Part shown: piece by piece, positions 56,822-64,000 of the stretch
Layout: each line of letters begins with the position of its first letter
How positions within the stretch are numbered: the stretch's first letter is position 1
Origin: Escherichia phage vB_EcoM_TU01
Length of the DNA stretch: 64,000 bases
Sequence record: MZ560701
Reading direction: 5' to 3' (one strand)
The notes under the pieces: generated by a model
Told to the model about the DNA's origin: nothing
Database searches by the model: none
Seen by the model: the letters and a program-made list of their open reading frames with translations, nothing else
Made by a program: the position numbers and the translations under genes

Positions 56822-57472
56822 ATGATTTATTATATGCACAAAAATGCGCCATTTAAATATGGTAAATTTCCTAATGCACAATGTTATAATATAACGCCGA
56901 ATGAAAATAATAACGGATACCATATTGGTGTAATTTTTGTAATTGTTAAAGATAACGAAATCGTTGCCTGGGCAGATTTTAAAGGTACAACATATGATGT
57001 TAATCCAGTGCCTTTCACATATTACAACATAATGGATTTGGCATATGATTATAACTGGTTTAATCATGACGCGTTGGCTCATATTGAAGGTGTAGGATTT
57101 GACATCTCTTATTCTAGCTATTCATTATGTCCTATGAGCCGAGCTCACGGTAAAGATGCATCATATCTTTCAATTCGGAAACGTGTAAACTTCAAACGTA
57201 GCACAGAGTATGTTGGTGGACTCTTTGTTAAAGATAATAAAATAACCCGTATTAGTTATCCTTTAAGTGTAGGTCAAAAAGATGTTGATGTTGATTTAGA
57301 CTTAACCGAAAATAACATTAATCATATTGCTTCTGTATATTTTGATATCGATGAAAAAATTGTAGTGTGTGGATACGAATTACCACCTGAAGAAAAGGCT
57401 GAAGCAATTGAAGTCGAATTAGAAATTTCTGTTGATGACCAAATATTTAATGCATTTATGAATCGAGGTTAA
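56822..57472 (+). CDS. hypothetical protein (216 aa)
   Basis: ATG 56822; ORF. Confidence 0.5.
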   Translation: MIYYMHKNAPFKYGKFPNAQCYNITPNENNNGYHIGVIFVIVKDNEIVAWADFKGTTYDVNPVPFTYYNIMDLAYDYNWFNHDALAHIEGVGFDISYSSYSLCPMSRAHGKDASYLSIRKRVNFKRSTEYVGGLFVKDNKITRISYPLSVGQKDVDVDLDLTENNINHIASVYFDIDEKIVVCGYELPPEEKAEAIEVELEISVDDQIFNAFMNRG

Positions 57473-57473
57473 A

Positions 57474-57671
57474 ATGACTACTGCAATTTGCACTGGTTCT
57501 AAAATTAGTGTTTTTACAAGTTTTGAAGATTATGAAGTTGTTTCAAAACACCAATACCATATTAGCGTAAAAGCTAATGACGGTGTAATTTGGAATATTC
57601 CGCAGTATGAAGGCACTACATATGAAGTCACAGATATAAATGGTGACAAAGCAATCTTTGTAATTGATTAA
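57474..57671 (+). CDS. hypothetical protein (65 aa)
   Basis: ORF. Confidence 0.45.
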   Translation: MTTAICTGSKISVFTSFEDYEVVSKHQYHISVKANDGVIWNIPQYEGTTYEVTDINGDKAIFVID

Positions 57672-57690
57672 ATATACTCAGGAGGTACCT

Positions 57691-58158
57691 ATGGGTATTA
57701 TTAACACTGCAATAGATTCTGTTTATGCATATAAGTTTATTAGACTAATGCAAAAACCTTTTACCGAATGGAAAGCGTACGAAGCCAAAATCATAGATGA
57801 ACGTGGAAGTGTTCTTAAACGTCCTTCTACTCCCGAAGAGAAAGCGGCGTATACACCTTTTCATGCTTCAGTTCGTTCAATGAAGCGAATGATGAGCACT
57901 GTTCCAGGTCTTAATGGAATGGCCTCAATGATGTCTGCCTGGAGTGCTGTAGCTTCACGCTATAACATTACGGAAGAACAACAGAAAGAAATATTTAAAG
58001 AACTCCCTTTATTTGAGGATATGGTTGCTGGTGATTCAGGCGGTANTCCTCAAGCTATTGCATCAGGAACAACTACAGGTGCAGTCGTAAATAAAGGTCC
58101 AGAACAAATTCCTTCCAAGAAAAGAAAGCGAATTAAAGTAAATATTAATAAGTTGTGA
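57691..58158 (+). CDS. hypothetical protein (155 aa)
   Basis: ATG 57691 after ggagg RBS. Confidence 0.5.
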   Translation: MGIINTAIDSVYAYKFIRLMQKPFTEWKAYEAKIIDERGSVLKRPSTPEEKAAYTPFHASVRSMKRMMSTVPGLNGMASMMSAWSAVASRYNITEEQQKEIFKELPLFEDMVAGDSGGXPQAIASGTTTGAVVNKGPEQIPSKKRKRIKVNINKL

Positions 58159-58197
58159 TATGATGGCCTTATTAATTTAAGGCCTCTGGAGAATACT

Positions 58198-59220
58198 ATG
58201 GCTGAATGGATAGATAATGAATTTGCTTATCGTGCGTTTTCTCACCTACCTCGTTTTAGACAAATCAATAATTCAAGCACATTTAAATTAACATTTCGAT
58301 GTCCAGTTTGTGGCGACTCCCAGACAGATGCAATGAAAGCTCGCGGATGGTATTATGGCGGTACTCCTGGTAATGTACATTGCTATAATTGCCAATACCA
58401 CAATACAATTTCCGGATACTTAAAAGAGTATGATGAAGAGCTTTATCGCGAATATCTAATGGAAGTTCGTAAAGAAAAAGCTAGAATGGAACCAAAGATT
58501 GAAAAGGTTCCTGAACATAAACCAGAACCGGAGAAAAAGACTATAAATTCTTTGCCGTCTTGTTCTCGTCTGGACAAGCTGCCTGAAGAGCATCCTATTG
58601 TGAAATATGTTAAGACTCGATGCATTCCTAAAGAATCATGGAACAGATTATGGTTCACATTAGAATGGCCCAAATTGGTCAACAAGATTCAACCTGGTAC
58701 GTATAAGAAAGAGATTCCCGAACCACGTTTAGTGATTCCTATTTTTAATAAAGATGGGAAGGCTGAGTCATTCCAAGGACGTGCACTTCGTAAAGATGCT
58801 CCTCAGAAATATATCACTATTAAAGCGTTTGAGTCTGCAACAAAAATTTATGGTGTTGAACGTGTTAAGGAAGGAGACGTCTGGGTAATGGAAGGCCCTA
58901 TTGATAGTTTATTCATACCCAATGCAATCGCTATTACAGGCGGCTCAATAGATTTAGATGTGGTACCATTTAAAGAACGTCGTGTATGGGTAATGGATAA
59001 TGAACCTAGGCATCCGGATACTATAGCTCGCATGAAGCGATTAGTTGATGCAGGCGAACGTGTCATGTTCTGGGACCGAGCTCCATGGAGATCAAAGGAT
59101 GTGAATGATATGGTAATGAAAGAAAATGCAACACCACAAGAAATTTTAGAATATATGAAACAGAATATTTCAAGTGGGTTGCATGCTAAAATGAGATTAT
59201 CTCGTTATTCGAAGATTTAA
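58198..59220 (+). CDS. 61: DNA primase gp61
   Basis: Zinc-binding CPVCGDS...CYNC N-terminus, Toprim-like core; 340 aa. Confidence 0.9.
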   Translation: MAEWIDNEFAYRAFSHLPRFRQINNSSTFKLTFRCPVCGDSQTDAMKARGWYYGGTPGNVHCYNCQYHNTISGYLKEYDEELYREYLMEVRKEKARMEPKIEKVPEHKPEPEKKTINSLPSCSRLDKLPEEHPIVKYVKTRCIPKESWNRLWFTLEWPKLVNKIQPGTYKKEIPEPRLVIPIFNKDGKAESFQGRALRKDAPQKYITIKAFESATKIYGVERVKEGDVWVMEGPIDSLFIPNAIAITGGSIDLDVVPFKERRVWVMDNEPRHPDTIARMKRLVDAGERVMFWDRAPWRSKDVNDMVMKENATPQEILEYMKQNISSGLHAKMRLSRYSKI

Positions 59221-59414
59221 ACAAGCCCTATAATAGCAAAGGCCAAATCAACTACAGTATCCAATGGAACAGAAGGAACCATAACACCATTAGCAACTAA
59301 CAATGGTGCAATCCCGAAGTTCCATGAAATAATGCCACCTACAACTATTGCAGCGATAGCAGTTTTCTTTTTATTGCCTTTAATAGCGTTGATTAACGAT
59401 GGAAGTTTAAACAT
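59217..59414 (-). CDS. small membrane protein on the opposite strand (65 aa, 2 TM)
   Basis: Minus-strand ORF with strong aaggagat RBS 5 nt before ATG; no + strand ORF occupies this interval. Confidence 0.55.
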   Translation of the reverse strand: MFKLPSLINAIKGNKKKTAIAAIVVGGIISWNFGIAPLLVANGVMVPSVPLDTVVDLAFAIIGLV

Positions 59415-59442
59415 AATATCTCCTTAGTTACCTATTATTTAT

Positions 59443-59469
59443 TACGCTTTATAAAATTAATGTTAGAAT
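59443..59469 (+). promoter_or_regulatory. middle-type promoter (GCTTTA, 12 nt, TAGAAT)
   Basis: Upstream of gene 56. Confidence 0.4.
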
Positions 59470-59502
59470 TAACTCTCTTATACTGAATTGAAAGGAAAAA
59501 TA

Positions 59503-60024
59503 ATGGCACACTTTAACGAATGTTCACAACTTATTTCTGGTGTTGATAAAGCAGAAGAAGCTTATTTTAATGCTCTGATTCACGAAGATAAAGACCCACT
59601 GCAGGTAATGCTTGATATGCAGAAATCTTTACAGGTTCGTCTGGCAAATGACAAGCCTGAACATAACAAACATCCTGATGAATTGGCCACTGCTGGTGAT
59701 GTTGTTGATTGGCTGCGTAATCAGAAAGATTATATTGATGATGAATTCCGTGAACTGCTGACTTCACTTGGTGGTATGAGCAATGGCGAAAAAGCCGCTA
59801 GCTCTGTATGGAAGCCGTGGAAAGCACAACATGCTGAATATCGAAATCGTCGTATCGATGAACTGTCTCCTGAAGACCAGCTTGAAATTAAATTCGAGAT
59901 GATTGATATNCTGCACTTTGTTCTGAATATGTTCCAAGGTCTGGGTCTTTCGGCTGAAGAAATCTTTAAACTTTACTACTTGAAAAACCAACACAACTTT
60001 GAACGCCAGGATAATGGTTACTGA
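59503..60024 (+). CDS. 56: dCTPase/dUTPase gp56 (MazG-like)
   Basis: MAHFNEC...DPLQVMLDMQ...DELATAGDVVDWLR...IDDEFRELLTSLG closely matches T4 gp56. Confidence 0.9.
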   Translation: MAHFNECSQLISGVDKAEEAYFNALIHEDKDPLQVMLDMQKSLQVRLANDKPEHNKHPDELATAGDVVDWLRNQKDYIDDEFRELLTSLGGMSNGEKAASSVWKPWKAQHAEYRNRRIDELSPEDQLEIKFEMIDXLHFVLNMFQGLGLSAEEIFKLYYLKNQHNFERQDNGY

Positions 60025-60030
60025 TTAAGT

Positions 60031-60038
60031 TATAAATA
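60031..60038 (+). promoter_or_regulatory. late promoter TATAAATA
   Basis: Exact motif about 30 nt upstream of the soc start, as expected for a capsid gene. Confidence 0.5.
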
Positions 60039-60069
60039 CACCTGTAATTAAACAACAAAGGAGTTAATT

Positions 60070-60306
60070 ATGGGTGGTTATGTTAACATCAAAACCTTTA
60101 CGCATCCTGCTGGTGAAGGCAAAGAAGTTAAAGGTATGGAAGTTTCTGTACCGTTTGAGATTTATTCAAACGAACATCGGATTGCAGATTCTCATTACCA
60201 AATCTTTCCGTCAGAAAANGCAGCTTATTCTNNTGTAGTTTCTGATGCAGCNACTTGGAAAACTAAGAACGCTGCAATGTTTACGCCTACANNANTAGGT
60301 GGTTAA
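60070..60306 (+). CDS. soc: small outer capsid protein Soc
   Basis: GYVNIKTF...HYQIFPSExAAYS resembles T4 Soc; about 78 aa. Confidence 0.8.
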   Translation: MGGYVNIKTFTHPAGEGKEVKGMEVSVPFEIYSNEHRIADSHYQIFPSEXAAYSXVVSDAXTWKTKNAAMFTPTXXGG

Positions 60307-60313
60307 ATAATTC

Positions 60314-60344
60314 AAGGAATCCTTCGGGATTCCTTTTTTTTTTG
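60314..60344 (+). terminator. rho-independent terminator
   Basis: ggaatcc-ttcg-ggattcc then T11. Confidence 0.8.
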
Positions 60345-60352
60345 TTTCTACA

Positions 60353-60382
60353 GTTTACAACCACTAAAAACTGTGTTAAGAT
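60353..60382 (+). promoter_or_regulatory. early promoter
   Basis: GTTTAC, 18 nt, TAAGAT. Confidence 0.45.
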
Positions 60383-60410
60383 ATTCTTACTTACTCAAGA
60401 GGAGAACAAT

Positions 60411-60638
60411 ATGTTAAATCGTTGGATTAAACCTAATAACACATTAGGTGCTTTGATTGCTCAAGAAGTTTCGTTGAAATACGGTCTTGGATATTACGAT
60501 GATGTAGTCGTACACTCATTCATGATGGATGGTGAAGACGTCAAATTTAATGCCGAAATCCGTTGGGATGACGGTGGTGTTCGTTTTGTTCGAGGAACAA
60601 TTAATGCTTACGATGCTGAAGAAGTTGTTTGCTGTTAA
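60411..60638 (+). CDS. hypothetical protein (75 aa)
   Basis: ORF with agaggag RBS. Confidence 0.5.
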   Translation: MLNRWIKPNNTLGALIAQEVSLKYGLGYYDDVVVHSFMMDGEDVKFNAEIRWDDGGVRFVRGTINAYDAEEVVCC

Positions 60639-60651
60639 ACCAGGCGAAGGT

Positions 60652-60840
60652 ATGATGCCTATTCCTGATACACNCGAAAAGNCTTGGGAATATATCGGCG
60701 ACGGAATGATGGAAGAAGTTGTTCGTCCAAAGTCTGCTTCAAGCTCTTCAAGTTATAATCATTCATACGTATCGTCTTGGCCTGGTGATTCTGGGTCAAG
60801 TTATTCTGATTGTGGTTCAAGCTCAGGGAGCTGCGAATGA
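60652..60840 (+). CDS. hypothetical Ser-rich protein (62 aa)
   Basis: ORF; low-complexity Ser-rich C-terminus. Confidence 0.4.
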   Translation: MMPIPDTXEKXWEYIGDGMMEEVVRPKSASSSSSYNHSYVSSWPGDSGSSYSDCGSSSGSCE

Positions 60841-61016
60841 ACANGATAGTAAAATGGTTTAAAAGCTGGGACGATGGTGTCGGTCCGGAAGATTGGCTGG
60901 ATGTTCTTGAAGAGAATATGGCTAAAGAATTCCAGAAACACGAAGAGAAGCTCGTCGAAGATGAAGGCGAACGTATTGTAAAACTTTATATGGGTGAACC
61001 ATCGAGGAAATTATAA
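60837..61016 (+). CDS. hypothetical acidic protein (59 aa)
   Basis: ORF. Confidence 0.4.
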   Translation: MNXIVKWFKSWDDGVGPEDWLDVLEENMAKEFQKHEEKLVEDEGERIVKLYMGEPSRKL

Positions 61017-61480
61017 TGGATGCTATGTTATTTAAAATGTATTTGCTTGAAGCCAAGTCGTTTAAACATATACCAGTAGAAGATAAGACTCCACTAGAAA
61101 TAGCTATTCTCATTAACAAAAGTCTAAATAATCCGCAATATATCGTAGAAGAATTCTGCAAATTGCAGATTCCTAAAGGTTATAAAATTCGTGTAGAGCG
61201 AGTTGGAGCTATTACTCATTCTAAAAATTCTCCGTTTAGTCTTGAAGAAGGCATAAAGGACTTAGGTTATGAATCTACGGAAAATGCAGTTTATGTGAAT
61301 CCAGAAAAGCGTTTAGACCTGTTTGAAAAGCGAGACCATAAGTATTTTGCCAAAAAATACTTTATTACATCATTAGCAGATTTAANCCATTTGCAACGAG
61401 CTATTTGGAAATTTTTTAAGACAAAAGGTGTAGCACTAGAAACATTCTCTGAACCTGCTAGTTTTTATCTTGGTGAATAA
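61016..61480 (+). CDS. hypothetical protein (154 aa)
   Basis: ORF. Confidence 0.5.
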   Translation: MDAMLFKMYLLEAKSFKHIPVEDKTPLEIAILINKSLNNPQYIVEEFCKLQIPKGYKIRVERVGAITHSKNSPFSLEEGIKDLGYESTENAVYVNPEKRLDLFEKRDHKYFAKKYFITSLADLXHLQRAIWKFFKTKGVALETFSEPASFYLGE

Positions 61481-61481
61481 T

Positions 61482-61661
61482 ATGGACNTNATGAGTATGT
61501 TTGATGAGCCTGAAGTTGAGGCTCCTAAAGTGCATCGTAGTGAACTTGTTGATGAACTAGATAGTATTATACAACGTCACGGCTTTAGTTTACCTGTTGA
61601 AGCCCTGAAAGACCTTGCCTCTTATTATGACGACCCTCCACCATGGAGTCCTTGGAAATGA
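61482..61661 (+). CDS. hypothetical protein (59 aa)
   Basis: ORF. Confidence 0.4.
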   Translation: MDXMSMFDEPEVEAPKVHRSELVDELDSIIQRHGFSLPVEALKDLASYYDDPPPWSPWK

Positions 61662-61822
61662 AAGAGAAATTTAAAGAGAAATTCTTACTAGAAATCAAGG
61701 AAAAAGACTTTGAGACATGGTATCGAATGGTGAAAGGGTTGACATTGCTTTTTAAAGCATCCTTATTCATGTTAGAACAACCTGGACCTGATGGACCTTT
61801 AGTAGGAAAGCTTAAAAAGTAG
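61658..61822 (+). CDS. hypothetical protein (54 aa)
   Basis: ORF below track cutoff. Confidence 0.35.
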   Translation: MKEKFKEKFLLEIKEKDFETWYRMVKGLTLLFKASLFMLEQPGPDGPLVGKLKK

Positions 61823-61850
61823 TTTACATTCCCTCCTCTCGTGTTATGAT
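61822..61850 (+). promoter_or_regulatory. early promoter
   Basis: GTTTAC, 17 nt, TATGAT. Confidence 0.45.
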
Positions 61851-61877
61851 AGGCTTATCTTTAAATGGAGGTCTATC

Positions 61878-62459
61878 ATGACATGTCAATCTGAACTTCA
61901 AGAACGTGAATACCTAACAAATCTGATTGATAGCAAATTCACCCGCCAAGAACAAAACATTCTCTGGGCTTGCACCGATTCTAAGGAAGACCCGGATTTC
62001 CACTATGAATTAGACCATCTTGTTCGTAAGCATATGACTTCTACAGTACCAGTAGAACTCTACCGTGGTGTAACTCCAGAAGAAGTAGAACGTCTTTCAC
62101 TTCTTTCTGTTGGATGCCATTGGTCTCCTGGACGAGTAACATCGTTCACAACTGATTTCAGTACAGCTCGTCAATTCTCCGGGAGATGGGAATATCAGAC
62201 GTACACTATTCTTAGTCTCAGGAATGCTCCATTCATTTTTGATTACTACCAAAACATGGTTAACATTGTACTTGCCGGAAAGAACCCTAAGCATGTTATG
62301 GAAGAAACTCGTNTNGATGTCCTAGATATGATTGAATCTGAACAAGAGTACATGGTCTCAGGTATCTCTAGATTTGAGATTGTGGAAATTGAAGACTTAG
62401 AATATGACCCTTTATCTCGATTATACAAAATCATTCATTTAAAAATGTTGAATTTTTAG
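61878..62459 (+). CDS. ADP-ribosyltransferase, ModA/ModB-like (R-S-ExE type), copy 1
   Basis: YRGV, FSTAR and ESEQEYM motifs; paralog of the next ORF. Confidence 0.6.
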   Translation: MTCQSELQEREYLTNLIDSKFTRQEQNILWACTDSKEDPDFHYELDHLVRKHMTSTVPVELYRGVTPEEVERLSLLSVGCHWSPGRVTSFTTDFSTARQFSGRWEYQTYTILSLRNAPFIFDYYQNMVNIVLAGKNPKHVMEETRXDVLDMIESEQEYMVSGISRFEIVEIEDLEYDPLSRLYKIIHLKMLNF

Positions 62460-62488
62460 TGTACAAACTCTACNGACGATGATACTAT
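62459..62488 (+). promoter_or_regulatory. early promoter
   Basis: GTGTAC, 18 nt, TACTAT. Confidence 0.45.
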
Positions 62489-62516
62489 ACTTTTATCAAC
62501 CACAGGAGAAACCTAA

Positions 62517-63125
62517 ATGTTTATGCCGTATAATGAATGTGAAATTGAGGAAATGGTTCGACGTGCNCAAAACCCCGAATATCAAGATGTATTGCAGTAC
62601 GAAATNGATAGTCAATTCAGCGACATTGAACAAAGTGTACTGTGGCAATGTATGGAAAACAAGCCAGACAGCATCCAACAAGATTTAAGTGCAATTGTTC
62701 GTAGAAATTGGTCNTCTTCNGTTCCTGAGACAATGTATCGTGGAATCTCTAAGAAAACTATGGCCACACTCGACGATAAAGGCNTTGGTAGTATTATTAA
62801 ATTTGACAGAGTAATGAGCTTTAGTCCGGTGTTCGGTGTAGCACGTAACTTCGCTTCATATAATTTTTATGGAACATTTAATATGTTCTGCATCAAAGAT
62901 GCACCATTTGCTTTCAACTTCCGTGAACATATGCTTAATATGATTCTGGCTGCACCATCTTGTGAGTTCAATGGAGCTTTCCCTGAAGCGACAAGACGGT
63001 CTAATGCTAGACTTATATCTGACGAATGTGAATTTATGCTCCCTATAGGGACTACACTGCGTGTAGATTCTATTATTCAAGATGGACGTTATACAATCTG
63101 GAATCTGTCTATTGTCAGTTACTGA
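62517..63125 (+). CDS. ADP-ribosyltransferase, ModA/ModB-like (R-S-ExE type), copy 2
   Basis: YRGI, SFSPVFGVAR and SDECEFM motifs. Confidence 0.6.
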   Translation: MFMPYNECEIEEMVRRXQNPEYQDVLQYEXDSQFSDIEQSVLWQCMENKPDSIQQDLSAIVRRNWXSXVPETMYRGISKKTMATLDDKGXGSIIKFDRVMSFSPVFGVARNFASYNFYGTFNMFCIKDAPFAFNFREHMLNMILAAPSCEFNGAFPEATRRSNARLISDECEFMLPIGTTLRVDSIIQDGRYTIWNLSIVSY

Positions 63126-63277
63126 CTGGATTGGAATAACCGGATGGAACTCAGAACCATTATAACACATAAAAAATTAAAGCATTTTACGAAAAAAGAG
63201 TGTACACTACCTGAGGGCATGATATTATANACCNATCAGCTAAATGACCTAACGTCCGTAAGACAGAGGAAAATATT

Positions 63278-64000
63278 ATGTTATCAAATAATAAAATTAA
63301 CAAAATCAATCGTCGTCTTGACCACACCAGAGCTTCTGCGAAGAGACGCTCTAAGGATTTTAACTTAGACTTTAATTACCTTAAAAACATTCTTGATCAA
63401 AAGGTCTGCGCTTACTCAGGTGAATCTTTCAATAACTCTGTTGAAGGTGAGAAATTATCCTTAGAACGTTTTAATAATGATATAGGCTACATTAAAGGTA
63501 ATGTCATCCCAGTTAAGAAAAAATATAACACGGCTCGTTCTGATTTAACATTAGAAGAACTTATTGAGAAACGTGACGCNATTGCAAGACGTATCGCTAA
63601 TCCTTCTGCCCGTAAAGTAGAGAAACTTAATCTCGACGAGAAGAAATGGGCCCAAATTAAAAAGGTTTATGGTACTATTTTAAAAATCCGAGCAAAACGT
63701 GAAAATCGTGTTAAGCATATGGCGAACATGATGAAAAATCAACCTTTATCTAACGAATCTAAACTTAGAATTGTTGCTTTGAAAGCACGCATTAATGGAT
63801 CACATCAAGCAGAAGGCCATGAACTTACTAAACTCAANGTTCTTCTTAAAGGCTCTGACTGGAAAACTAAAACTAAATTAACTGACGCTGAATCGCTTTT
63901 CGATACATATGATAAAGTTATCCAAGGTCTGCAACGTTTTGAAAAGATCGGTTTCATNGGTAAATTAAAATTGAAACGTGGCTTACCACTTAGCGCATCN
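63278..64000 (+). CDS. HNH-family endonuclease-like protein (Mob-like), partial at window end
   Basis: LERFNNDIGYIKGNVIPV resembles the DRxxNxxGYxxxNV signature of phage HNH homing endonucleases; ORF runs off the window. Confidence 0.4.
   Translation, partial: MLSNNKINKINRRLDHTRASAKRRSKDFNLDFNYLKNILDQKVCAYSGESFNNSVEGEKLSLERFNNDIGYIKGNVIPVKKKYNTARSDLTLEELIEKRDXIARRIANPSARKVEKLNLDEKKWAQIKKVYGTILKIRAKRENRVKHMANMMKNQPLSNESKLRIVALKARINGSHQAEGHELTKLXVLLKGSDWKTKTKLTDAESLFDTYDKVIQGLQRFEKIGFXGKLKLKRGLPLSAX

Noticed and set aside
63144-63368. Track ORF 63144..63368
   Set aside because: Spans an early promoter and the RBS of the 63278 gene; likely spurious.

Overview
This window reads as a T4-like (Tevenvirinae) phage early/middle region, almost entirely on the + strand. 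The DNA polymerase matches, from memory, the RB69 gp43 sequence, so the phage is probably RB69-type; I could not run a search to confirm. Gene order from tRNA-Arg onward follows the T4 map as I recall it: nudE, lysozyme e, internal-protein-like genes, denV, regB, tk, rI, nrdC, endonuclease VII (49), nrdD, nrdG, sigma factor 55, the 47-46-rpbA-45-44-62-regA-43 replication/recombination block, 42, uvsX, 41, 61, 56, soc, and two ModA/ModB-like ADP-ribosyltransferases. Promoters of early (GTTTAC -35 with TAtaaT -10), middle (MotA-box-like GCTTTA) and late (TATAAATA) types and UUCG-tetraloop hairpins punctuate the region. The most interesting content is a five-gene sugar-nucleotide module between gp43 and gp42 (SIS isomerase, fused nucleotidyltransferase/anomeric kinase, HAD phosphatase, Cys-rich enzyme, then a 299-aa protein where T4 has beta-gt). 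No alpha- or beta-glucosyltransferase-sized gene is present at the T4 positions, which points to a non-glucose hmC hypermodification, plausibly the arabinosyl-hmC reported for RB69-type phages. Other notable items are a TARG1/DarG-like macro domain gene, a nucleotidyltransferase-fold gene next to an AAA+ ATPase, a 3.7 kb accessory island between helicase 41 and primase 61, a single minus-strand membrane-protein gene between 61 and 56, a partial denV duplication, and several small paralog families. All calls are from reading the sequence and ORF track by eye; no searches were run. Scattered n characters and a masked block at 32757-32973 limit some calls.
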